A DNA stretch of 64,000 bases, counting the filler, from Piptocephalis cylindrospora (taxonomy: Eukaryota): the NCBI GenBank assembly GCA_003614145.1. It is 4 parts of 4 records of this genome, joined end to end, with 100 filler letters (N's around TTAATTAATTAA, not from the genome) between each part and the next. Parts side by side here need not be neighbours in the genome. Positions count along the whole stretch, not along the records: positions 34,558 to 51,595 come from KZ987862.1; 3 more parts are not named here. The stretch is one strand, 5' to 3'. A program made the position numbers and the translations under genes. Below are positions 34,616 through 46,300 of this stretch, piece after piece (within the stretch, counting starts at the first letter, position 1; each line of letters starts with the position of its first letter). A model generated the notes under the pieces. The model saw only the letters and a list, made by a program, of their open reading frames with translations, did no database searches and was not told the DNA's origin.

Positions 34616-34876
34616 AAGTAAAGGGATGGTGCAGTGACTGACCTGGGAATTGAACCCCCTAGTGCGCCCCCCAGCCGTTTAGACCCTGATGGTCAATTTT
34701 ATGTTGATTTCCCATAATAATTTCATTTTTTTAGAGGGATTCTTGGCCTCTAGTGGGAATCATAGGGCCTAGTCATGGCAGGAAGGAGGGACCGCTTACT
34801 CCTCTCGACCCAAACAATAAGTCATCCTGTCTTTTTCCCATCCCATCCCTCATCTCGACCTGACTTAAACCAACCC

Positions 34877-35296
34877 ATGTCCTCTGACTACATTAGCACT
34901 GCTCGGACCCGGGAGCAAGAGGATCCTTCCTCCTCCTCTTTTAAGGCAGAGGACGCGCCCAACTCAGAATCCACAGACTCACCCATCCAGACACTCAACG
35001 ACGTGTCTGGAGAAAACCACATGCTGCTAGAGGCGGCCTCTCGACTAAACTGCGTAATTCTATTCCAGAACTGGAGGGATTGCCTGGTTAACGGACCCTT
35101 GGGTGAGCGGGTCACCCTGTGTTTAAGCGCACGAAACCGACACGAAGCTTGCATGCAACGACAAAAACAGATCCTCTTTGAGATGGGGTATCATCGTGCT
35201 CTCGGAGGTACCGGTGAACGACTCAAAATCCTTAATGCGGCAGATAAGCAGCAACGGGAGGAAGACGTTTCCAATGGTCTCCATGACAATGAGTGA
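34877..35296 (+). CDS. Twin CX9C-motif protein (putative mitochondrial intermembrane-space protein)
   Basis: C-VILFQNWRD-C ... C-LSARNRHEA-C; likely start ATG 34877 after a CT-rich leader. Confidence 0.65.
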   Translation: MSSDYISTARTREQEDPSSSSFKAEDAPNSESTDSPIQTLNDVSGENHMLLEAASRLNCVILFQNWRDCLVNGPLGERVTLCLSARNRHEACMQRQKQILFEMGYHRALGGTGERLKILNAADKQQREEDVSNGLHDNE

Positions 35297-35722
35297 GGAA
35301 GAGTGAGCATGAACGCGTGATTCAATGAATACTTTTGTGTGCTGCTATGTCATATAATGATCATGGTAGGCTTGGCCCTCTCCCAGGAGCCATATCCTCC
35401 AGGATATCGACGTGTGATAATAATAACGACTATTATGGCCATTTGATCAGGTATCTGGACATGAATCAGGGTAAAGACATGAGGAGAGCCGATAGGATTT
35501 GGCCCAGGTGCGTTTCTTCGGGCTCTCCGCGTACACTTGCCAGCGGTGTCATTGCCACTTCTCACTGCACACTGTGAAGAGCACGACAACATCACACAGT
35601 AGGAGGGCTGCTCATGAACTCCACCTGAGGCGTGTGTGGATATGTCTGTGTCCCACTGCCTCCCCCTTTCCTTCTCAATCCCCCATCTCGCCTCTCTCGA
35701 CCCAACACACTAGTCATCGACC

Positions 35723-36169
35723 ATGTCCCAGCTTGCTGCACGAGCCGTCGTTTCCATCACCTCGAACGAGCGGAAGAAGAGGACCCTTCAATTGTACCGG
35801 GAATGGCAACTGGCCGTAAGTGGGTCTTGGGTCTTGGGTCTAGTCTCTGACCCGACCCCCCTCCCCATAAGAAAGCTTCTCTAAACGCCCTCTTCCCCCT
35901 CCTGCTAGGCTCCCTCCATCGTGGGATCCTACCAGCTAGATGTACCCCTATCTGCAGTCCGTAGTAAGATTCGGGAGCTTTTCGAGGTCAACCGGGAGGT
36001 CCAGGACCCAAAAGCCATTGATATCCTCATACACAAGGGCAAGACCGAGCTGGAAGAAACGGTTCTCCTGTGGAAGCAGCCTTCCCATGTTATGCAGTAC
36101 TTTGCTCGCGAAGAATCCCAGCCCAAGCCTACCGATTTTCTCAATCGTTTCTACGAGGGTCGGGACTGA
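35723..36169 (+). CDS. NDUFA6: Complex I accessory subunit NDUFA6/B14 (LYR family), 2 exons
   Basis: MSQLAAR...TLQLYREWQLA|APSIVGSYQLD...VRSKIRELFE...ETVLLWKQPSHVMQYF...DFLNRFYEGRD. Confidence 0.9.
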
Positions 36170-36370
36170 TGAAAGAGTGAGGGGGTAATGGAGTGACATT
36201 TCCATTTCTTTTTGAGTTTATTCTGTGCATCTCGACAATGTGGATGAGAACGGCGCTCGGCTAGCCATGCTCGACCTTTACATGGACCACCTTCCATCTT
36301 CACCAACACTCTAAATCCAAGGTGGAAGGAACTATATCCTGTATCAATCAAGATTATCCTGTCCGCCCCC

Positions 36371-38062
36371 TTATCCCATCCTGACCATAGTGGCATCGAT
36401 TTGCCGGATCTGCGGGAGGGCAAGTCGAACCTTTCGACGATAGGCTGTACCGGACTGTTCTTGAAGAGGATTGTGCTCCAAGTACACTGTTTCCAAATGG
36501 GGTGCCTTTCCCAGTTGCTTCTCCACATCTGCAAAAGAGTCCAATTGGTTCCCACTAGCCTAGATAGATGGAAGATAGGTTGACGTGAGTGCTTTGAAGG
36601 ATATATCACCTTTTCATTCAGATGGATCGCATACCCAAAATTCTTCCAGCTGGTTTAAGTGATCAATCCCTTCCAGCTTAGAGATCCGGTTGCCTGTGAT
36701 GTCCAGGACCCGAAGGTTGCTCTGCCGGGATGTGGTTCATAAAGTTAGATTCAGAGGGTAATCGCGATATTCCCCTCACTTCTACTTACATGATTCTCAA
36801 GACCCTCAAGACGCTCGATGCCGTTGTGACTAACGTAGAGCTCCTCCAAGGCTACTAGATCCTCGAGCCCTTCCAATTTGGTCAATCGATTGCTCTACGA
36901 GTAGGGAAGGTGAATAGTTTGGTACATTGGGTACTTGTACGAATACCATGCGATGATTCACCTGGATGCTGAGGATTCGTAACTTTTTGAGCTTGGATAG
37001 ATTCTGCCTCGTAGGTAAAAAGGGAAATCAGTTGGTTTCTTCGTGGCAAAAATGTGGTAGAAATAGCATTCCATCCTATACACTCACCTGGAAACGCGTA
37101 ATCTTGTTCTTTCCCAACCAAAGCTCCTCCAGATTGACCAATTCATCTAGTCCTTGAATCGTCTAATCCATCATTGCAGATTTAGGAGAACGGGAGAGAG
37201 AGAGAATGTGTGAGGGATTCAATGATTCAATTTTTAGTCATCCACACTGTGAGCCCCACAACCCCATCTTGTTTACCCTGATACGATTCCCTCCAAGTTC
37301 TAGGTTCTTCAAGCAGGTCAAACCCTGGAGGTTCTGGATGATGGAGATGCGGTTCTGGACAAAGTACAGATTAACCAGGGAAGTAAGCGTGCTTAATCCA
37401 TCGATGTGCTTGATGTTGTTGAAGGAAAAGTCCAGTGAGCTATGGAAGGAGGGAATAAGATATATCTCTTTAATCAAGGCGATCCCTACGCACAAGATCA
37501 TCATCGTCGAGGCTTACGTAAGCTTGACTAGGTGATCCACTCCGCCAATCTTGGAGATTCGGTTATCATACAAATCCAGATCAGTCAGCTCATCTAGACC
37601 CTCTAAACCGTCAATTCGTTGGATCATGTTTTGTCTTAGACAAAGCTCCTAAATAAGAGGAATGGGTGAGAGTGAGTGGTGCTGTTGGTGATCCTTTCCT
37701 CTCTTAGCATCCAAACCAACCTGAAGGTGAGGAAATTTGGCCAGCCCAAGATCGGGAATCTTTTTTATCCTAAGGTGAAGTAGTTGAAGTTCTGTCGTGG
37801 TCTCTGGATCCATTCCCTCAAAATAATCTTGTTTATGGGATGTGAGCGGTTGCCTAGGCCGGCCATGACCCCTATCCCCAATGAAAGTGCACTTACCCTC
37901 CTCCTCCTCCATGGTCCTATCCTCCTCTTTGTCTTCATCAAGGGGTCCAGGGCGGTCGTTGTCAGTGGAAGCGTCGGACATCTCACCAGAATTCACCTCT
38001 CGTTGTTCGTGCAGGAGATTGAGAGGTTCTACCAGATTCGCGTCTTTCTGAGTGGATGACAT
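36371..38062 (-). CDS. SDS22: PP1 regulatory subunit Sds22 (leucine-rich repeats), multi-exon
   Basis: LDFSFNNIKHIDGL, LYFVQNRI, LELGGNRIR, LWLGKNKIT and C-terminal VYLEHNPLQ...YRRKVRLALPQIRQIDAT LRR cap. Confidence 0.92.
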
Positions 38063-38829
38063 GCTGAAGTTTATGGGGTCAATAGCGTTGATTCGAAGAA
38101 GGGCGGGAGAGAAAAGTGCGAGAACTTGGGGCTTAAGAACGTAACCATCCGACTTGCCTGAGATCCCCCTGATCTTAAGCCAAGAGCAAATGCCAATGCC
38201 AATGCTCCGCCCGCAGACTTCCTCATCGTCATCGGCATTACCCACACACATGTCTTGTACGGGAATGTTTCTAGCAAAGAGAAGCAATAGCGCTCTCATA
38301 ACTGAATTTTAATAATATACCATCCAAAGCACACAAGTCATGTTACCAGCGGTACTTTGCCTATGTATACCCGCATCACCCCACCAGACTCACTAGGTGG
38401 TCCTAGTCCATGGTTCTATTATCCATCAACGCCTTGGACTGAACCCTGAATCAGAGACCAGGTAAACAGGCCGTAAGATACATTTTCTTACCCTCTTCTT
38501 CCTACATCTACAACGGTCATTATCCTCTTTAACATCATGAAAGAAGGGTAGGGTGAATGGCCTTAACACACAAGATCATCCTCCCATTGGTATAGCCTCG
38601 ATGGCTATGCAAAAATAGTCAAAAATAGCCAAAATTCACTCATTTCATTTCCTAGTGTGCATGCGAGAGCACCCTCATGTGGACTGAGGGAGGGTACCCC
38701 CTCCTCTTCATCTAAAGACATCAGCAGTACAAGCCTTTGAAAAGCATCAAGCCCCTCGGTCAGCATCAAGCCGCGATCAATACTATCATACTTCCTGAAA
38801 CCTCCCTCCTTACTCATCCTACCCTCATT

Positions 38830-40802
38830 ATGAGCCTTGTAGGATCTTCCTACGACGCGGCCTCCTCGGATGAGGATCAGCCCTCCCCGGCCCCCGCTAA
38901 CAACATCGCCACTCCTACAGCATCCATAAGAGATAAGCGACCAAGGGTGGAGAGTGCCCCCGAGGTCAACCTAGAGGACCCCATGGTTCTTTCTCGCACG
39001 GTTCTTGACCCTTCTAGCCAAGTGATGACCAAGAACGTGCCGTATGCTGATCTGACGCTGCCTGTCCAGGGCCCACGAAACCCAGGTGGCCTCTTGGCCC
39101 GGTCCGCTGCCAACAATGTTTTGACCGGACGGGTGGAGCAGCAGGCGTACTCGGAGCACGACTTTCGCCTTCAGTACAATACTTACCAGGCCTTTGGTTA
39201 TGCGAATGACCCTAGTACCCTCAGTACCCGAGAGGACGGGTCTGTGGGTGGTGGGGTGAATGGAAGTGGCTTTATTGGGGATATAGACCGGGCCAAGCAA
39301 CAGGGCGGCGCGACTATCATGGACCGTCGAGGTCGTAATGAGCACAGGGCTAAACGACAGGCCAAGGGAGATGCCTCTATTCTTGATGGAGACGGGGCCT
39401 ACAAGGGTCCTTGGGCCGGATATGAGGGTGAGATCCATGGTCAGCCTGAGGGAGCAGCCGAAGTAAGTGTGCTAGTGCTGATCGTCGCACATCGCATTAC
39501 TCACCCCCTTTCCCTATTCGCATAGGCTCCGGTTGCAAAAAAGGCCAAAGGGGATGTCGATCAAGAGGAAAAAAAGGAAGAGAAATCAGAGGAACCTCAA
39601 GGAGAAGAAAAGGTGGATGAGGGATTTGGCTCAGAGAGGAGTATTTTTCATGGGGATCAGCAGTTTGACTACTTGGGTCGATCCTACCTCCATGTTCCTC
39701 AGGATCAGGATGTGGATTTGAATCATGAGCCCGGGTCCCAAGGGTGTTTTGCGCCTAAAAAGTGCATTCACACCTGGAAGGGGCATTCCAAGGCTGTTAG
39801 CTCCATCCGCTTTTTCCCCAACAGTGGTCATCTCTTGCTGTCTGGAGGCATGGATGGGAAGGTCAAGGTAGGATACATGTGTCTTTGGAAAACCATCACT
39901 TCTCTCACTCGATCACTCTCTCTCATAGCTTTGGGACGTTTACCATGACCGTAGATGCCTTCGTACCTTCCTTGGGCATAAAAAGGCCATTAAGCAAGTA
40001 GAGTTTAGCCCGGATGGGAAACGCTTTCTTAGCGCCTCGTATGACAGAACGGTCAAGTTATGGGACTCGGAGACGGGTCAGTGTATCCGGTCGTTTACTA
40101 ATGGAAAGGTGGCCAATTGCCTGGCCTTCCACCCTGATAATCCCTCCACTTTCTTGGCCGGGTGTGCCGATCGACGCATCATCCAATGGGACATGGATGA
40201 GGGCAAGGTAACTCAGGAGTATGATCAGCATCTTGGGGCCGTCAACACGGTCACCTTTGTCGACGGCAACCGCAGGTTCATCACCACCAGTGACGATAAG
40301 ACTCTTCGTGCCTGGGAATTTGGCATTCCAGTGGTCATCAAATATGTGGCCGAGCCCTACATGCACAGCATGCCTGCTGTTGCCCTTCATCCTGAACGTA
40401 AGCGTGTGTAGAGATAAAGAAGATGATATGGTGCCCCCCCTGCTATGCACATACTCATTCTTGATCCTCTTATTTTTAGGGAAATGGCTGGCTTGCCAGA
40501 GCTTGGACAATCAGATCCTCGTATATGGGGCCACCGATCGGTTTAGACAGGCAAGAAACCGTAGATTTACTGGACACAACGTCTCTGGATATGCGTGTCA
40601 AGTGAGCTTCAGCCCGGACGGACGCTTCCTCACCAGTGGCGACTCGAATGGCAAGGTCTTCTTTTGGGAATGGAGGTCATGCAAGAAGTTCAAGGAGATC
40701 CAGGCTCACGATGGTGTGTGCATTGGCGTCACTTGGCACCCTCAAGAGACGAGTAAAATGGCCACTTGTGGTTGGGATGGGCTGATCAAGTATTGGGATT
40801 AA
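38830..40802 (+). CDS. PRP17: Pre-mRNA splicing factor Prp17/Cdc40 (WD40), multi-exon
   Basis: [88 protein letters not shown]. Confidence 0.96.
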
Positions 40803-40990
40803 GAGAATGTGTGATCCAAGGGGCAAGGGGTGCGCATTTGTCTTGGTATGAAAAGCTGAGGGAAAAGAAGGGGTGTCATACTGTTTGTTATTGTTGCCTT
40901 TTTGTATCTCGTGACAGCCATAACCATGGACAATAAAAGTTCCGTCTTTTTTTATAGATCAAACACTTCACCCTAACCGTTGAAAATGCA

Positions 40991-41458
40991 TCATTCCTTT
41001 TTATCAGAAGGCAGTGGCACCTTGATCTCCTCCTCAGCAGCTTCTTTGAAGGCTTTGATCGCATCCTTATTTCCGAGGCTATCGACGAGAGAGATGAGAA
41101 TGAGTGGGTTCATTCATTATCACATTTATCCAGCCACCCTCACTTACTAGTGATAATTGATGAATCGGTAACCCTGAGTCAATTGGCACACCTCGTTCAC
41201 AGCATGACAGGCAAAGAGCAGGTAGTTAGTTGGCTTGACCGAGAGGGCAAATTTCATGAAGAGGAGCGAGTAAATGCTCAAAGCTCCAGTCATTTTCCCG
41301 CTGATAATATCCGGATCCCGCTTCATATCCGCGATCGCTGCTAGGGGTAGGCCCCAGTTGGCCACGGGCCCCCAAAAGTGTGTGCTGCACAGGTACGTGC
41401 GGAACTCTTTGCTCTTGACATGGGAGAATATGCGGTGGGCCCAGGATGCAGACGACAT
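40991..41458 (-). CDS. MPC1: Mitochondrial pyruvate carrier 1, 2 exons
   Basis: [43 protein letters not shown]. Confidence 0.95.
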
Positions 41459-41975
41459 GCTGGAGGAAGTTAATTGACGATGGGAGGTGAAGAGGGAAAA
41501 TAAGAGGATGGGCTGAAGAGAGAGAAAGAGCTGTCCAGCTGAACTTTTTCGTCCACCTTATAATGCAGGTGCTAGGTGGGAAGTGGGGGCGGTGCATTGG
41601 GTCGCGCTTTTCGCCCCTTCTCCTACAGCCATCCTGCTTGATTATTCTCTGTGCACACACGGAGCCAGACCCTGGTGGTAGTGAAGGGAGGGTCCCATCA
41701 CCCATAATGTCCAGATCTTGGGAGTTTCCCCCCTCCGCTTTCCTGATCCATTTCACTCGGAGAAACCATTGATAACGCATCTCTCATTGTCCATTAGATA
41801 ATAACCGTCCGTTTCACACACACATTTCTAGTATAGAGGAACAGCATATTTTTAAGCACAAATAGATCAATACTTATACACGCATGCGCTCTTCTTGGTA
41901 AAACACTATGTATAATATAAAAGAACGAACCGCCATTATTGTTGCCAATTGTATTACAAAGAATTCAACATGCCT

Positions 41976-42956
41976 CTATTTAGGCAGAGAATAGCCACAT
42001 ACCGCGCATTGGATCGATGAGGGGCTCTTCAGGTCAGAATTGGTCTCTAGAGTCTGCACGTTACAAAAGGTACATCCTGGACACACAATTCCATCTCTTG
42101 ACCCTGGGCCCTGCACTGCACCGCAACATCGACATACTAAGGCAAGAATATCATTGATCAAGGTGCATCGATCACACGTCCATCCATCTAGTTTAATCAA
42201 GGTAGAGGATCTTGAATCCTCCTCCACTCTACCGACTGACTTTGCATTATCCATCCTCTTTTGCGGGATATCCTCATCTGACCCAGTTAGGTCAATGATT
42301 TCCGCACCTTTCGTGATATCCTTCTTTCCTTGTAATCGCTCCTCTTCTTCGTCCTCCCCCCCATCCTCTCCCCCAGTCCCGCATCCTCGCACTTCCTCAG
42401 CCCTTGCCATAGCTGCAATAGCAGCCATGGTCCTGGCATGACGGGATCGTAGGTGTCGTGGCACATTCGAAGATGCTTCTCCTAATTTTCGACCCTTTTC
42501 AGTCTTGCGTTCCTCATGTTCAGGTTGCCCAAGACGTCGACCCGCTCCCACCCCATCCCAACCATATGCCATGGCCCCTCTGGCCATCATTTCCTCTGTT
42601 TCCCCCAATAATACCCCGAGAAGCGCATGGAAAGCCGCATTGTGTGGACCGTGAACAATGTGAGTTAGTTCGTGCAACAAGGTTCCAAGAATATCCTCGT
42701 ATGGGAGGAAGGTCGTGGGTGCCCGGGATGGTCGTAATCTCAGCCGAATCTCCTGCCCATGGTTTACGTTGACTCCGAGAAGATTGCCATTCTTGGGAAA
42801 GAACTCTACTAGCCTCCTCACCTTCCAGCCCCGCTTCTCCATCACTGGTCGTACTTGCTCAGCTGCTCGGTGGAGTAAGGCTAGGGCTCGCTCCCGGCTG
42901 GGCCGCCTGACCAAGGCTTTATATTCACCAAACAGCTCTGATACCTTTTTGGCCAT
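41976..42956 (-). CDS. WSS1: Wss1/WLM DNA-protein crosslink metalloprotease with two RanBP2-type zinc fingers
   Basis: EFFPKNGNLLGVNVNHG.EIRLRLR, HELTH, GAGRRLG SHP-like box, IIDLT SIM-like motif, WTCDRCTLIN...CRCC and CPGCTFCN...CAVC. Confidence 0.93.
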   Translation of the reverse strand: MAKKVSELFGEYKALVRRPSRERALALLHRAAEQVRPVMEKRGWKVRRLVEFFPKNGNLLGVNVNHGQEIRLRLRPSRAPTTFLPYEDILGTLLHELTHIVHGPHNAAFHALLGVLLGETEEMMARGAMAYGWDGVGAGRRLGQPEHEERKTEKGRKLGEASSNVPRHLRSRHARTMAAIAAMARAEEVRGCGTGGEDGGEDEEEERLQGKKDITKGAEIIDLTGSDEDIPQKRMDNAKSVGRVEEDSRSSTLIKLDGWTCDRCTLINDILALVCRCCGAVQGPGSRDGIVCPGCTFCNVQTLETNSDLKSPSSIQCAVCGYSLPK

Positions 42957-43343
42957 TAGAGTAGGAGGGTGAGACAGCGACGGCGTGGGGTATTCGATAT
43001 TTACTTAGGGATGGATAAAAGGAAAGGGATATGAGGTGGCTTTGGCAAGTGAATGTGATTCACTGGTCACAATGTGATCAGTAAACATACAGGGGAGGTC
43101 TCCCTGTTTTGGGGTGGTGATTGATGATTAATGATGAGCAAAGAGAGTGGACTCTTCGTACGCCGATTACTCCTACAAGTACCATTCTTGTATATCAACG
43201 AGCTATCGTCTAATGAGCGGTATCCATCAGCGCCTTACACGCAACGGTTTAACTATGCATCGGTCACACTATAATCGATGATGACGAACAACTAGAAAGC
43301 GTTGCATCTTATGAAAAACACCCCCCTTCTCACATCAGTACTA

Positions 43344-46300
43344 CTATTCATCCACTTCTGATCTCCGGGGAGCCACACGCTCGGTTCTCTTCCGTCGAAG
43401 GCCGCTACGTAACTCACGTATCGCATCGTCAAAGTCTCCACGGCCAAGTCTTTCGGGTCGAGGCGCCCTCTCCTCTTCCTGAGCGCCCCCATCCTTTCCA
43501 TCCTTCCCCTCCTCTCCCGAGCCCTTGAAGTCTTTGTGCATTCTGGTATCTGTTGCTGCCCGCCTGAACATAAGTCCACCTGAGCGAGAGGCATTGGCAG
43601 CTGCCAATTCTTTTCGCTTTTTCTGCGCCTCATTTTCCTTTCGTGCTTTCTACATGCCCAATCATGGCGACCAGGGAGTGGGGGTTGGAAAGGAGGGTAA
43701 GCACAAATCAAACCATCCCTCCTGCTATCATTCATTCATCTCATTTTTACCTGAAGTGATGTCGAAAAGGAAATGATAATGGTGAAAATATCCTCGGGCT
43801 TGGTGGTGGTGGGGTCTTCGCCAAAGAATGCAACCATTTCCTTGAGATCACCTTCCAATCGCGTACACAATTTTCCAAGGCTCTTCACCGTCCTTTCCGC
43901 CCCCTCCGTCAAGAACCCCTCCATCACTCGGGTAAACCTATCCTTTTCCGGGAGTTTTGGCATCCTTCCAAGAGCCTTAATCTCCCCCTTGATCTGGTCA
44001 ATACCCAATTTGAGGCCCTTAGCCGAGGTGTGAAGTGTAGAGAAGGACACTTATGAAGGCGGTTGAATCATTATCAGAGATATAAGAAAATGTAGTATAA
44101 ACACCACTCTTTTCGCTAAGTAAATCACTTACCTCGTGCTGCTGCTTCAACATGCGGCAACTCCTCCATAAAGTCCAAAATGTGACCTTCCTTTTCCTCG
44201 AGGATATCCACCAAATAATGCAAAAGAGTGGGGACACCCCTGGGGTTAGACTCAGCCGCCCTCACTTCTCGAATCTATCAGACGAATGGATTTGGTGAGA
44301 TTTAAAGTAACAAAGGGATGCATACCAAACCTACAACCGCCCCGGTAATAGCCTTTAGGGGTAGCTTACCGTTAAGAGCGCTTCAATATGAAATCCATAT
44401 GCGCCCCCACGGAAGGTTGACCCATTCAAGTAATTTCCCATCGCCAAGATAATCTATAGAGATGCGGCTTAAGTAAAAGCCATGGGATAGAGGATTTCTT
44501 CTTTTACCTCCAATTCATTTGACAGCTTACCTGCAGTAATCGCTTAAATCGGTGAGAGGTTTGAACCTCTTGAAAGGATTGATGAAGTATGGCCAATTCC
44601 TAGAGAGGGTATCCAAAATACATGAATCATAAGTCACGAACGCCTCTACCTTTTGGAAGCCTCCATGCTTGTCCTAATGACCGAGCCAACTCCACGAAGG
44701 AAGTATAGCGCCATCCAAAAACACGCCCCCACATACCGGCTTAAGTTCCTCCACCTCCATGTCAAAGCGCCTCTTGTAAATGATACTTGCCAGACGTTCC
44801 TCTAATCGAGGAACTTGCCCAACCTAGTCATTAAAGGAGCTCTGCAGCATCAATACGATAATCACATTGCTTTATCGCATGTCCACAATATTACAAGAAT
44901 TACCTCCAGAAAGTATTGCTCCGCTTTGCCAAGAATCCGAGTATCCTCTTGATAGGCTTGTAGCAATTGCATCTAGTGAATATGCAATAATTTATCTTAA
45001 TAAGTTACTACTACCGTGGAACCATCTCCAAGAATTAAAAAGGTACTCACTTCGTCCACGGTGGGAGCGTATTGTTTCATGGCTCGGAGGCTTTCGACAC
45101 TCAGGAGATCCTCTTCCATGGCGAACAGAGATTCTTTGATCCTTTCAAAGGGAATCTTTAAGCGAGCAAGCATAATACCTAAAACAATAAAGGAGAAAAG
45201 TGGTGAGTGGATATTTGGGAAGGCCCTTCCTCTTTGTTAACTTTACAAAGCTCTCTCAAGCACCACACATAGCACTTACCGACATTGTTGGCCCGGGTAA
45301 AGTCCAAAAGGGTGGTCACATTGGACTTTGGGGAAAGTGGGCCGGGGCCAAACCCACCGGGGTTCCCAGAAGTACTATCTCCATTTTCACCTCCAAGGGT
45401 ATTTTTTTGTCCAGAGGACCCTGCCCCTGGGGCGATTGAAGCCTTTGGGAAAATCTTTTCCAGCTCTGTAGAGTTCACACCATCATATGCATCGTCTGAG
45501 ATGTACCTCCAAACCGTAGTCTGGATGAGCTGAGGAGGGAGCTTCTTCCAGGCAAAATGCTTCAAGGGAACGGATGGTTGAATCTTTCTCTTCTGAGGCA
45601 GTGGCTGAAGACGAGGGATGGTCTTGATCTTGGTGCCTTTCTTAAAGACATTGGCCTTGTTAACTCCATAATCTCCCATAGAGCGTGCAGGGGAAAGGGG
45701 ATAAGACCCTTCATCTCCCTCGTCTTCCTCGGGCATTATCCCCAACGGGTTAGAGGAAGAATCATCCATTGGATTAGGAGATAAGGATGTGGGAGATGGT
45801 GGGCTCGGAGGAAGAGGAAGAGGGGAGGTTGAAGATTTGAGCAGCCTTGGCGGTGAGCCCTCAGTTTGTAAGCTCCCAGGAGGGGGTGGAGGAGGAGGGG
45901 GTGGAGGTGGACCAGTCGATTTCGCAACAGGTGAGTTATGAGATCCAAGCGGTGGAGGGGGAGGAGGAGGTGGTGGTGGAGGGCCCGTAGATTTAGCTAC
46001 AGGTGCGTCTTTTGATTCCGATGGTGGTGGAGGCGGTGGTGGAGGCGGGCAAGAAGCGATGGAAACGGAACCTGTAATAGATAGTTCTTTGGTACCCGTA
46101 GCAGCCTTGAGGGTAGAAGCGGCAAGGGCATCTTGTAAGGATACGGCAGAGCTACTTGCCTTTGCTGAGGTGGGATGATTAGACGGAGGTGGAGGTGGAG
46201 GCGGAGGCGGAGGTGGAGGAGGTGGAGGAGGAGGAGGAGGAGGGGGCGGAGGAGGAGGCGGAGGAGGAGGAGAATTTTGGGAATCAGAAATGGGTACGCT

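Noticed and set aside
34627..34662. GGGAATTGAACCC as a minus-strand tRNA T-loop
   Set aside because: Spacing to a putative acceptor end is wrong and no cloverleaf forms
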